A stretch of 63,264 nucleotides of DNA, filler included, from Choristocarpus tenellus KU-1152 (lineage: Eukaryota; Protista; Phaeophyceae): assembly GCA_964200185.2 (NCBI GenBank). It is 6 parts of 6 records of this genome, joined end to end, with 100 filler letters (N's around TTAATTAATTAA, not from the genome) between each part and the next. Parts side by side here need not be neighbours in the genome. Positions count along the whole stretch, not along the records: positions 47,417 to 55,976 come from CAXNAD020004584.1; positions 56,077 to 58,843 come from CAXNAD020024923.1; positions 58,944 to 63,264 come from CAXNAD020015128.1; 3 more parts are not named here. One strand, 5' to 3'. The notes below the pieces were generated by a model. That model was not told the DNA's origin. It was given only the letters and a program-made list of their open reading frames with translations, and made no database searches. Of this stretch, positions 50,252 through 62,645 are shown piece after piece. A program made the translations under genes and the position numbers. Positions within the stretch are counted from its first letter, which is position 1. Each line of letters begins with the position of its first letter.

Positions 50252-50509
50252 CCAGGCAGAAACTCAAACATACGAAAATGTGTGATGGTTGTGTGGAGAA
50301 CATGATGATCAGTGATTTGTTTCTTCAAAGAACGATCTAGCATTTTGCATTATGTTATGTCGGTTTCTACTGGTTACAAGGAGGCGTCTGCGATAGGTTT
50401 TGACGGTTTGGTAGTTTAGAGAAGGGAGTTTGTTATCTGTAACTGAGATTCTACAACTGTAGTCCTTGTACTTTGATACGGGGATGCGACAAGGGTGGAG
50501 AGGTGCACA
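50252..50509. promoter_or_regulatory. Putative bidirectional promoter between the hypothetical gene and the PB1 gene
   Basis: Divergent starts are at most about 260 bp apart, inside a CpG-rich segment. Confidence 0.4.
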
Positions 50510-53500
50510 ATGTTTAAAATTTATTCTAACGATGAAATGAAAGGGGATCCGAGCTCCCGATGTGTAATTGCGCCCATCCGTACAAAGATTCACGTCCTCG
50601 GTCTGGAACGGGATGTGGTACTTACCCCCAAAGTGTCATTTGCTTCATTTCAAAGCGTGTACTATCAAGTGCAGATCATCCTCAAATCTGCACCCTTTGT
50701 TATGGGTGAAGTGCTATCATTGCAGTACTGCGATGTGGATGGGGACTTCGTTGACCTGCTGGAGACTACATTCGACCAAGAAGATTTCCGTGGCTTGAAC
50801 AAAGTCTCAATGCGAGTCCTCGTTCACAGCAAGCAGTCGACAGTTTCTGGTCGAAAGCCCCTCAGTACCCGCAACCACAACTCCTGCATGCTTGAGAATA
50901 GAGAACCAAGATTCGCCAAAGTGGGTACATTACCGGTGTCTGCAGGTGGGCGGCTGAAGTGTGCTGCAGGTCACCAGAGCCTCGACTCTTCCCAAACAAA
51001 GCAAAATACCCGTGTCCATACTAATACACGCAACCACCCGGCTTCATGCCGGGCCTCCACTGTCAAGGAGAATATTAGTGATTGCCTCAGATCACGTCGA
51101 TTACCAAACGAGAGTGCTCCTGCCCCCAACGCGCCCAAGTTCACGTTTGGCCGGGCTCGAGGCACTCGGGTACCTGGAGGGTTCCCACACGATGTTCAAT
51201 CGAGAGTTCAAAAGCCAGCCTGGAGCCTTCGCAATGAGCCGGAGTGGGAAGAGGTGAGTAGGTTTTCTCAGAGAGCTATTTTCAGACAACCCGGTACCCC
51301 TCGGACGAGGAACATCAACCAGCGACATTATTTCCTACTCCGTAATTTTGTGTTATCACTCGACTAACAGGTACCTTGCTGCTATTCGACATACAAGCCC
51401 TCCGCCCAACTCCCTCCATTACTTTTGTCTGTGACCAGGTGGAAAGAAAGAAGCTTGAACGGAGGAAGGAGGTGCGGGATCGTATCTTGGCCAAGCGCGC
51501 CGAGCGGGGACAGGAACAGGTGATTCGGGGAGAGCCCAAGAAGAGAGAATTTCACCATACAAAAAGAGACTGCGGAGTGACAGATGATGGGCGCAGGAGG
51601 TCGGGAGCCTACCTCCGGCACGGTGAGGGGTGACTAATAATACCTTTTCCCCCAGCAATTCAACGATGATACACTAGAGACAGTTTAGACCCGATTGGAT
51701 GGAACTCTTGTCCTGTGGAGAGGGGGTGGCTCTGAGGTGACTGACGTCTCATCTCCAGCAGTACTTTATGGCATAAGCTGAAGACCACATTGTACTTCCA
51801 AACATTTAGCTTGGCAAATTCTTTGATGTTACCAGTTGCAGGATAGCTTGCTTGCTGGCATGTATGAGGGCATTACACAAAAAAATGCTTACTCAAAATG
51901 CCATATAGTGGGTACAAGGACAACCCTTTGAATCCTCCTCACTTCCTAAGACAATATCTTTTAAAGAACTTAACTGCTTTTGGATGCTCTTCTATTTTTT
52001 TCTGTAGAGTCAATCACTGCTGCTCTGGGCCTTCTTGGTAAGCGTGACCTTGCCAGATACAAGGGCCTAGGGCAGGAAGCAGCATCAGCCATGAATTTTG
52101 TAATGATCCTAGATGGGGAGAGGTTGCCCAAGCGAGGAAAAGGCAACACTGAGGGGGAGATATTTCCAAGGTTGGGGGAGGGGAATGGCTCTGCCACTGA
52201 CCATCGCTGCAAGGTGAGAGTCAGTTTGTACATGCAGATGAAGTAATGACTATCCCTGCTAGTACCCTCATTTTTTGTCAGTGGGATCTCATTCATTTTG
52301 CAGGGTCTCCCTATTCCAGTCTCAGTCAATTATATTTATCTCACTGAGAATGATTTTTGGCTACTGGTGGGGCAACCCTGTTGATCCTCTTCTCAGTCGG
52401 CAAGCTCAGCAGGTACATTCCTGAGCGACTCCTTAGAAAAAAAAATGCCCATAGTATCGAGTGTGCGACATGTTGTCGGCGGGACACCAGTGAAGGCTGT
52501 GACTGTGGGGCATAAAAGTGCCAGGGCATGCCCTCGTAACAAGGGCAACGGGTTGCAGTCTTCAGGAACTTCTGTGCTGCGGAGATCCTCACGGAAGGTA
52601 ACGCATCCTGTCAGAGGTTCATCGGTGTGTCCCAGGACATGGTCGGAGGGATTGCGATCTTCAAATCCCTGTCCCCCTGTGGCCTATCCTACGGTGGAAG
52701 GGTTACAGGATAGAGGTTTTCGTAGGTCGAGGAGGACTGGCATAACCAGGGTTATGGAGGCTGGGGTGGGGCAGATCAGAAGGAAGGGGCAACGGGATGG
52801 GAAGGCAGTAGTAGCATCTGTGGCTGCGATTGTTTCGAAGATGACCAAGGGTAGGTCAAATAGCAAGAGTAAGCATGGGGAGGGGACGGAAGACCTGGCA
52901 AACCTCCAAGAACAGGTGGGAGTGGGATGAGAGTATATGGGGAGATGTCAAGGGGTGCCGGAGCTATGGTATTCTAATAGAGGGGCATTTCGTGGTTGTC
53001 TGTCTGTGGGGTGACACATTGCGAACTTGATTGTTAACGGCACATTCAATAGTTTTGAGCCACTTTGCTTCATCAACTGTGTTTGGTGATGTGTGGGTTG
53101 ACTCTTGATGTATTGTCTGTAGCTCGAATCTTGACATTTCCTGCAGCCAGACTCGGGTTAGAACAAAATTTGAGAGAGGAGTCTGAGTAGAGGAGAAGCA
53201 ATGCTATTTTTCATTTAAGAAGTTAAGTACACATGTGCCTTTGGTACCCATGGGTCATCTTCTGGTATTGTTATATTTTCTTAGCATCAAAAATCAATCT
53301 ATCACTGGTTTCTGTTCTGTACCTGGATGGTGGGGGACTGTTGACAGGTTGCCCTGTTGAAAGTGGCTTCTGGCTTGACAGATGAGGAGCTCACCTGGCG
53401 GATGGAAACCGCCAAACCAGGGGCCAATGCCTACCTTGTTGCCAGTATGGTATTGGAGAGAGTGGAGACTGACTATGAGTGCCTGCTTTGGCAACAGGTA

Positions 53501-54916
53501 AAATGCACAGCGCTCTTGTGCAAATTTTGTTCTTGTTGTACCATTGGGCATTGGTTAGTCTTCGTGTCTAACTCAACTGCCACACTATATATTGCGGCTC
53601 TCTATTTAAACTCATCAGAGTGCTTGGATTTCTAGCTAAGGCGTTGTCGTTCTCTTTGTCACCCTTCATTTACAAATATCCACTATTTTGCCTTCGTTCA
53701 GAGCCAACTCGAACTTGCCAAGGCCATCCTCACTGGTAAGGGTCACCTGTGCAACGAGGCCAGTTCTTCTTTTGCCTCAGCCTTGGCAGCTGCCTCTGTC
53801 GGAACACCAGACAGAAATACTCTTGCACAACTCAAAAGTGCTGCTGAGGCTGTTGTTAGATCTGTGAGAACACCTGCAGTTCTTCCTTCCTTCACCCATG
53901 GGTCCTCAAAAAGGGTCACAAATGCCCAGGGAACCCAGCAGCGAGTGTTCCCAGCAAGCAGTGCCATGTCAGCATTGTCGGCAGTGGCTGGTCGAATGGC
54001 AGCTCTTGCAAGGGCTTCTACTAAGGAGGAAGATGATAGCAGCAGCTCCACAGCTACCCTTGCTGCCTCTGTTGATGGGAACGTAGAGCTTGTATCAGAG
54101 AAGGAGGGAGTGGCAGCAACTGTCCAGGGTGAAGTTAAGTCCCTGGCCTCGAGGGCAAATGAGATAGAGCGCAAACTGGAGGTGCTTGCCCCTCAGATAG
54201 AGGCAGTGATTGGCCAGCTTGAGGCATGGCGCCGTCGCCAGCTGGAGAGTCCAGAATATGCCGCTGAGGTCATGGCACGGGAGATGGCATGGGCGGAAGC
54301 AAACAAAGAGGCCAATGCTGTAGCATTGGCAACGATGAGAACCCTGGTTCCTGAGGGCTTGTGGGACATGACACCTGGGGAAATCCAAGCTGCAGCAGCT
54401 GCAAAGTATGTTGCCAGAACTAGACTACTGGACGAGCACCTGGGAGAGGGAGGCTCAAGGTCAGGGGTAGAAACGGGGACCGAGTGCATGGTGGGAGGTG
54501 GTGTTGGGGGAATCTTGTACCCCTCTGACTTGTGTTGTCGTATCAAGGAGTTGCCTATCCTTCACTGGCTGGTTAGCGCTCCAGAGGATGTGGAATGCGC
54601 AAACTTCCTGGTCGGGGAGGGGTCGAACTCCTTCACCCAGCTGGAGGCGATGGACGTAGTGGAGATGCGGGCGGTCTGGTGTGTCCTTCCGAGGGAGTTT
54701 AAGCGGGATGGTGATGGGAAGAAGGCAGAGTGGAGGGCACGCTTCATGATGCATTTGGAGAGCTTGGTGCGACAGGAGGAGGGTGGGGTTGTGTCATCCG
54801 GGTGAGCGATTTCTTTGCTGCGTCTCATTGTTTTCTTGCAGCTTTCTATTTTAATGTTTGTATTTCTTTTGCTGGGCTTACTCTTGGGGTGTAGCATTCG
54901 TTCCGCAATAACAATA

Positions 54917-54979
<63 letters not shown>

Positions 54980-55868
54980 GCATTCAGTTCTTTGATTTGT
55001 TTCTACTAGCAATCGCCAGTTATCCGCCCTTTCTTCAATGAAGCAGTGCTCCCCCCTCGGTGGTCATTGCCAAGTAGCACTCTTGATCTATGTAGGTTTC
55101 TAGCGCTCGAACATGTCACTCGGGCGTCCTGCCCTCCGTTCAGCCTATCATTGTCTTCAATTTTTTGGGGGGTTAGAGCCTCGTGGACTATCCTTGTAGA
55201 AGCTGTGTTGCCATTTGTGAGGCGCACCTGTTCGCTACCTGTAGGGTCCCTATTAACTTTTCTACCTCTTCATGTGTGCTCCGATTAGTTACACGCAACG
55301 TACAGTCCATTTTTTACTGTTAAGGATTTTATCTCTACCGTAGTCCAACCCTGGCTAAGACACAAAAAAGGGAATGGTGTTCTTCGTAAGCACACTCTGG
55401 TCCCCTCTTTTCCTCAAGGTCTGCTTCATGCGCCATGCCTCTTCGGCATGAAGTCCCCAATCCCCACCGATCTCCTTCACCATCCTCCTCTCCTTCTGCA
55501 TTAGGTGGGACCCTGTCCTCGGCCGGCGTGGTACAACCCATGTCCCTCCCCTTGCTCCTAACCAGGCCCGCCATCCGGCGTATTTTTATCCTTCGGGGGA
55601 GATGACCCAAGCCCGCATCAACAAGCTACGGGAACATGAGCAAAGGCTAGATAGCAAGAAAGAGAGACTTTGGGAGCTGGGTGAGAAGATGGCGGAGACC
55701 AAGGTGGAGGTGAGTTCGGCCTGTGCTGACTCCCGATCGAAGGAGCTTATCTCCAGGTATGGGATTGAAACGCTCCGACGGGCTCGAGAGGTGGCTAAGG
55801 CGGAGCATGAGAGGGTTGTTAGTGAGCACCGGAGGGTGACCATCAGCATCCAGGAGATGGAGAGGGCG
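50510..55868 (+). CDS. PB1-like domain protein with coiled coils and an unassigned C-terminal globular domain; truncated by contig end
   Basis: Exons 50510-51253, 51439-51622, 52008-52213, 52397-52915, 53348-53497, 53702-54801, 55505-55868, all phase-compatible. N-terminal LSLQYCDVDGDFVDL resembles the PB1 OPCA motif (YxDxDGDxV). Confidence 0.8.
54907..54978. repeat. (AAT)n microsatellite
   Basis: Near-perfect AAT run; another lies at about 26697-26729. Confidence 0.95.
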
Positions 55869-55976
55869 GTGAGGTTTGGTATTTCGGGGAGGGGGGGGAG
55901 GGGGGGGGGGAGGGTTTTTGTTGGCATTGTGTGTGTGTTGTGTGTGTGTAAAGGGGGGCTTGCTTTGTCTGTGTGG

Positions 55977-56076
55977 NNNNNNNNNNNNNNNNNNNNNNNN
56001 NNNNNNNNNNNNNNNNNNNNTTAATTAATTAANNNNNNNNNNNNNNNNNNNNNNNNNNNNNNNNNNNNNNNNNNNN
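55977..56076. other. Artificial contig-joining spacer
   Basis: Same linker. Confidence 0.97.
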
Positions 56077-56637
56077 GGCAAATAGAACCGTAACATTTTT
56101 TTGTTCTTTTCCATTTAGCAAAATACACTGAAAAAAAAAAAAAACGGCCGCGTTTGGCATTTGGTCGTCACTTGGTTGTCTTTTGTGAAGAACACAGCGC
56201 AGTCCTTTTTTTTTCTTACCAATGAAATAGCAAACACAGCTACTGCACACTACGTACAACCTGTACAGATATATCCTCGGCCATTCCCCCCCCTCCTCCC
56301 TAAGCCACTGTGTGCAAAACACAACAAGCACATGCCTCTGCACAAAGCAATGAGATGCACCTAGACTTCAGAGAGTTAAGAACTCAAAGTTCAAATAAAC
56401 TAATCAGTGACCAGCGGTCAACCATGGATTAACAGAGACTACCTTCCTCATAATCAAGGGTCCACCTTGAGCAGATATCAGCTCCTGTGGACAAGAGAGT
56501 CCACCCCTGAACATCAGGTACACAACCCATACAAAAGATGGTACGGTAACCCCCCCACTCCCCAGAATATCACTTCCAAGGAGTACCTGTCTCCCCCCTT
56601 CCCCACCCCTCTGTACAGAGGTTCTACACACACAAAC

Positions 56638-58136
56638 CTGCACTGGCCATGCGGCTGCATCTCCCAGAGCACAGATGGTGTGTCCCTCAATCTGCCTGGA
56701 GATTTCTTCAAGCATTGGAATCTCCCTAGGGTCTGCCTCTCCCTTCTCCATCTTTACCAGCATCTGTTCCAACCAATTTGTACCCTCTCTGATCACAGCG
56801 ACGGACACAAGAACAGACAGACATACAGACATACAGACAGACATACAAATTAATAAACAACATGTGTGCCATTCTACAGCGCACCAAAAATAAAAAAAAA
56901 GAACAAATGAACAAGGCATTACCTTCTGGGCACTTCATTTTTTTTTTATTCTGGTAACTGAAACGCCCAATAAGATTTGAGTCTCACGGTGTCAAAAGGC
57001 GACACACCGAGTAGGTCACCATTTTAGACTATTTAATTACAGTTACAGGTTTCTACGGTGAGCGGAAGGCGTCGTGTTACATATATATTATATATATATA
57101 TAAATATAAAAACCTAACTACTCCACGATTTACATATTATGCACTTATCTATAGTGGAGACGCAACAACTACTCACTCATCATATGCAACTTAACTCCCT
57201 TTCGAACTGCAGGTGCAACGCCAACGGATAGATCAGCCGCAGAAAATAAAATAAAATTAAAAACCGTTTCATCTGCGGCGAAAAAAAGAGCCATCAATGA
57301 AGAACGCTTATGATTTCCACCAGCATTAAAAAAAAATAACAAAAAAAAAAAGATGTACCTACTCAAATGTACTTCCTCTATCCAGCATCGGTTGGAACAG
57401 CCTGCAGGGTGTTGAAAAAATAATAACAAAAACTCGCCGGGAAGGCATCTGTTGCCTCTTTTTTGCAGTGGGCAGCACGGAACAGGTAGACTCAAGTCAA
57501 ATTTCACTGAGATTTCAAGGTAAAACTATACAACAAGCAGGTCGTTTCTGGAAACACCTGCAGAAAAGAAAAGAAAAAATAGAGGAAAGGTCTGATGCCA
57601 TCCCTTGTGCACTTACTTACTCTTACCAGCTGTCTGACTGACTGACCAACCCGCTGTGCTATTCAAATCGACTTCGCATCTTCGATCTGAACGCCTTCAC
57701 ACACACAACAACACCCCTTCACGCACAAGCACAAGCTTCACACCTTCCACAAAACGCCAACACAGGTTTTACAACAGACACGAGTCACGGTTGATAGATT
57801 AAAAAAACCCTCAACAATTTGAATCAAAATACATACACACACACACACATGCATATATACATGTATATTTATATATATGTATCTATCTATTTTTCCACAA
57901 AACCGCAGTCAGTGTACATAATACCTGCAAGGCGTGCACTGCCCACAAGATTCATGTTTGTAAAAGTGAGCCAGGCGGCGGATAGCCGCAATCATGTCCA
58001 CGGACTTATCCATCACTGTAACTGCCGCAGTGCCCAAGCCAGATCCCGCCTTCTTCAGGTCGTCGAAATCCATCATCACATCAGCGCAGTCATTGATGTC
58101 CAGGACCGGGACAGAGGATCCCCCCGGAATGACAGC
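56638..58136 (-). CDS. NDUFV1: Mitochondrial complex I 51-kDa flavoprotein subunit (NuoF homologue), two internal exons
   Basis: Exons 57925-58136 ([10 protein letters not shown]...GSGLGTAAV...[14 protein letters not shown]) and 56638-56788 (EGTNWL...[18 protein letters not shown]). The 4Fe-4S cluster N3 motif CxxCxxC...C is intact. Confidence 0.97.
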
Positions 58137-58843
58137 CTGTCCGCCCCTCACACACACATTAATATACACAATTAGTGACATGGCTATGCACTAGAAAAAA
58201 AAAGGAAGTAAGAGAAGGTAAAAAGAAGTCCTTAACCAAGCTCACGAGTTGTGCAAAGCGTGCATGCACCAAGAGACCTACCTACCTCTGTCCGTACCTA
58301 CTTCAGTAAAAAAAAAAAATCATTTAAAATATGTACAAATATATATATATGTATATATATATATACGTATCAACAAATAAAAATAGACAAATATTCAACT
58401 CTCCACAAAAACCCATACATTTATGTGTGTGTGTGTGTGTGTGTATTTTCACGAGCAGGATGAATAGCACAACACAAAACACACACAGTGTAAGGACTCT
58501 TACGGCGATAAAGATTTAAAACCAACAAGGTCACCTGCCCTGATTATCCCCTCACTTTTTCCTCAAGTCTTCAACACTCTTTTACGACCTAACTGGACCC
58601 AATTGTTACGCAGTAAGACTGTAAAAAACCAGACAATTGAGGCGCCTGTCTCCATTCCCCAACAAACACTGATGTATTGCCGTCCAGCAAACTAGCATTC
58701 ATCTTTGTCAGAAGCAAGAACATCCTCCTACCTAGAAGCAGATTTTTAAACACTTTTTTTCCAACCAACCAACCACCCACCCCCCCACCCACCCCCCCCT
58801 TGCCTGCAGGTTATTCCACCCGCCTCGGACACCGCCACAGTGC

Positions 58844-58943
58844 NNNNNNNNNNNNNNNNNNNNNNNNNNNNNNNNNNNNNNNNNNNNTTAATTAATTAAN
58901 NNNNNNNNNNNNNNNNNNNNNNNNNNNNNNNNNNNNNNNNNNN
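58844..58943. other. Artificial contig-joining spacer
   Basis: Same linker. Confidence 0.97.
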
Positions 58944-59383
58944 GAGGGGGGAGGGGGGAGGGGGGAAGGGGTCGAGCACAATGGGACAGAGACTCCACCG
59001 GGCCAGTTGGGCCAAACAAGAAAAGAACGTAGGTCAAAACAGTCCAACGTAGACAATAAAAATAAAATCAATGAGTAAGGAGGGAGGGGGAGGAGGAGAG
59101 AGCAAATAATAAAAAATACATGTAAGGTGAAGAGAGATTCAGGCCATATTTTACCAACAGTAAAACAAAACAATATATATATATATAATATATACCTCCC
59201 CCCCCTGTGGCAGAGGTCACAGCATAAGCAATAAAAAAATTGAAAGTCAAAACCCAAAACCTCGAATACACCTCCAAACATCCCCCCCCCCACCCCACCC
59301 CACTAGCGCTGCATGCAGAAGGCGTTGGTAGAGGAGTGCGTGTTTTACTGTTCGATGAAAAAGGAAAAGCAACGCCTTCTCAC

Positions 59384-59613
59384 CGGTACGGCTGACTCGT
59401 GCATGTAGACCAGGGCCGAAGCTATTCCAGCGGCTTGTGTCAACGCCTTGGTCATTGGCATCCGAAACGAGTGAGCATAAGCTCTGCCAATCCACGTTGT
59501 CCCCTCCAAGGAGTTGGTGCCCAAAAACTCTGCAAGGGATCCCCCCTGGAAGCATGTTTGTGTACGTGTGTGAGATTGTGAGTATGTTTGTGTGTGTGTG
59601 TCTGTGTGTGTGT

Positions 59614-59645
<32 letters not shown>

Positions 59646-60031
59646 CTGTGTGTGTGTCTGTGTGCATGTGTGTGTGTCTGTGTGTGTGCATGTGAAAAAT
59701 TGTGGTCTCGGAAGTCAACAGACAAGATTTTTAGTTTTGTCTATAACTATTCTTGGAAACGATTCCAAAATGGGAATGTGAAGAATTTTTTGGGGGGGCA
59801 TATATGCACCGGCTCTTTCAGCGATTGAATTTGTTCCTGTCATTCAGGACTAAATGTGGAAGGGAAAAAAAAAGAAGCTGAGGCGATCTTCTTGATCGCT
59901 TCAAATTTGGTCTAGGGTTTGAAATTCTGAAGAAAAAAAAAAAACTTTGCGATGTTCCCATAATCAAGAAATAAAGAAAAAACACATGTGAAGAGTTCAA
60001 CCAAATCCAGTTCACCCAAACCCAGCACCCT

Positions 60032-60102
<71 letters not shown>

Positions 60103-60162
60103 NNNNNNNNNNAAAAAAAAAAAAAACCCAAGTAAAAGATCCAACCCAAAACAGTTCCCCCC

Positions 60163-60201
<39 letters not shown>

Positions 60202-62645
60202 TATCTGGCAGTTCCATCAGGGAACCAATATAGAACTACACATTTGACCAAGGTAACACAATTCCATATCCAAACAATAACCACTGCACTCAAGCCACTC
60301 AACAATGGGTACTATCTCATACTCACTGTAAGGTCCTCCAAAGCCAAGAACATGGCGCCCTGGCGGGGCAGGGTGGGGGGTAGTGTGCGCAGAGAGGAGG
60401 GCACAGGAGGGTTTGAAAACAAAGTGGGTGGGGTGTAAGAGAGGCAAAATCAGACTGGTAGTGTAGTCCTCATGAGGCCAAGGTATGTGATGAGGTAATG
60501 AAGTGCGGCATCGTGGGATACTGGGGGATTACTTACCACGCCCTACGCTTCCACAGGGTGTATTGCGGAAGCAGGATACTGGGGGATTTACTCTTCATTT
60601 TGAGTTGAAAATCGGTTTGCTATGACTCGTTTGCATTTGTTTGTTGCTTAAGGAGAGGAGTATGGATCTCTTTAAGCATCAGTTCTTCCTTGTTGCATTT
60701 GTTTGCTACAACCTGTTTCCAATTCCGAGTCTTGTGTCTTCCAAGCTTTTGCATCAAAGAGTCAAATGTAGAAGAAAAAAAAAAAGGGACAAGTACAAAA
60801 AGCACAAAAAGATATGCGCCGGTGAAGGTAACCCCCAAAACCTTACCATGACAAAGAGTGGTGAAGATCTAGGAACCATCAGAGTATGGGTAAGCGTACG
60901 CCGTGTTTCTAGTTCCTCATTCGAGACACTAAAAGGACGAGCTGGTTGGACACTTCAGCATAATTAGGGGCTACAGTTATCCTAGTCACTCCACCTGAAA
61001 AAAACTTACAGGGCTCTTTGAAGCATGGGGTCCTCGACATCCAAACATTTGATGTACAGTATGAAGGTGGTGTGAAACGATTGAGGGCATTTCTTGTCAA
61101 CTAGAGCTGTACATCGGAAATCCAACCTAATTCTAGCCCCATTCAAAACCAAAACGTACGATAGAGTGGGGAAAAACTTTGACAAGACCCATAGCAATTC
61201 ACTGTACAGTTCATTGCTGTGGTGAAGTCTAGTTTGTGCGTATCCGCCTAGAAAGACACTTCGGGCAACCGGAAAAAAAAATTGAGCAAGGTGGAATGAA
61301 TCTAACCCCAATACAACAAGAATAGGATCTAACAAGTAGAATCGTTCATCTTCATTCCCAGGCACATATCGGATCCCCTTGATAGCTGCACATTTCTGGG
61401 TCAATCTATATTTGATTTTGGTCAGATGTGCCTTCCCCTGCCCTCTGCCCCCTGTGTGATATTATCTAACCCTAATCAAACAAGAATAGGATCTAACAAG
61501 TAGTATCCTTCAACTTCTTTCCCACGTACATATCGGATCCCCTCGATAGCTGTACGTTTCCGGGTCAATCTATATCTGATTTTGGTCAGATGTGCCTTCC
61601 CCTGCCCTCTGCCCCCTGTGTGGTATTATGGAGTAATATTAACATTACACAAGATATTTGGTACTTGGAAACAGAAATGAAAAAAACTAAAAAAAAAATT
61701 ATGCACAAAGTGTCCTTGTTGACACGTTGGACTTGACCCAAGCGCAACTGAAATGTTGAGGCCTTCGGGTTGAGCAATAACATCACACAGAGGTATAAAG
61801 GATACATGCTATGGGAACAACACATATGTGACCTCGAACGGTCAGGCAAACAATGAAATGTAGAGAGAGAGGATGTACGAGAAGCATTTCCCGTTATTGC
61901 ACAAAAACGGGATGGATGTGACTGTAAAAGTCGAGAGTGGAATCAGTGCCATAAAAACTAAAGGGGACGGTCATGACAGGAGGCCGACCCCAGGACTGCA
62001 GTCTTCCACAGTCGCCATAAGTACTTTATTTAAATTGTCGCAGAAACCCACTAAAGAGTCAAGAAAGCTGTTGGGACCAGTGAGGTAAAGGTGCTCTTTA
62101 ATATCTGTCACCTCCAGTGTCGTGCCAGCTCCAACAAGTCCAACTATGTTAGGGTGTCGTAGTATCTGGAGCATATTGAGTTCCTTCTTCAGGTCAATTT
62201 CAGCAGTCTCTGAAGATTCACCGCTCTCAAGAGCGCATTTAACTACGACGGCTTTTCCGCGTAGCTTACCCCGCCCACACCTTCGTGAAAATGGGGAGGA
62301 GTAGAAAGAGTGGTAGGTCGTAAGAACTTGCCGCAGGTATCTCAGGCACCGCATTGCAGCGACTCTCGACCCCGCAACAACATATATTTCTTTTTTCTTA
62401 AGCGCCAGGCCACCCCAGCCAGATGTGACCTCGCAAATCCCAACTCCTATCTCTCCCCATTTATGTGATGCAACATCCAAGGTAGGGAGGTTGAGCAGTT
62501 TTCATACTGATTCCAAATGTGTCAAGTCTCACCTTGCCATCCCTCCCTCCGCGAACACCACCAACTCTTGGATCTCATTGTAGTCTATATCTACACCGAT
62601 GAAAATGTCACCAGTATCATGGTTCGTAGTGGGGTTGGTTGACAT
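59384..62645 (-). CDS. Protein kinase (TKL-like), N-lobe to subdomain VIa, truncated by contig end
   Basis: Exons (minus strand) 62533-62645 (ATG...FAEGGMA), 62112-62280 (VVVK...KKELNMLQILRHPNIVGLVGAG), 60327-60359 (GAMFLALEDLT), 59384-59545 (GGSLAEFL...IASALVYMHE). Phases are consistent. Confidence 0.9.
59588..59694. repeat. Compound (TG)n microsatellite
   Basis: TG run interrupted by TC and CA. Confidence 0.9.
61301..61629. repeat. 164-bp direct tandem duplication in a kinase intron
   Basis: Units start at 61301 and 61465 (CAAGAATAGGATCTAACAAGTAG...GATTTTGGTCAGATGTGCCTTCCCCTGCCCTCTGCCCCCTGTGTG). Confidence 0.9.

Noticed and set aside
59818-60233. Poly-Gly/poly-Pro ORFs
   Set aside because: Translations of poly-C tracts and an N gap; homopolymer length is unreliable.
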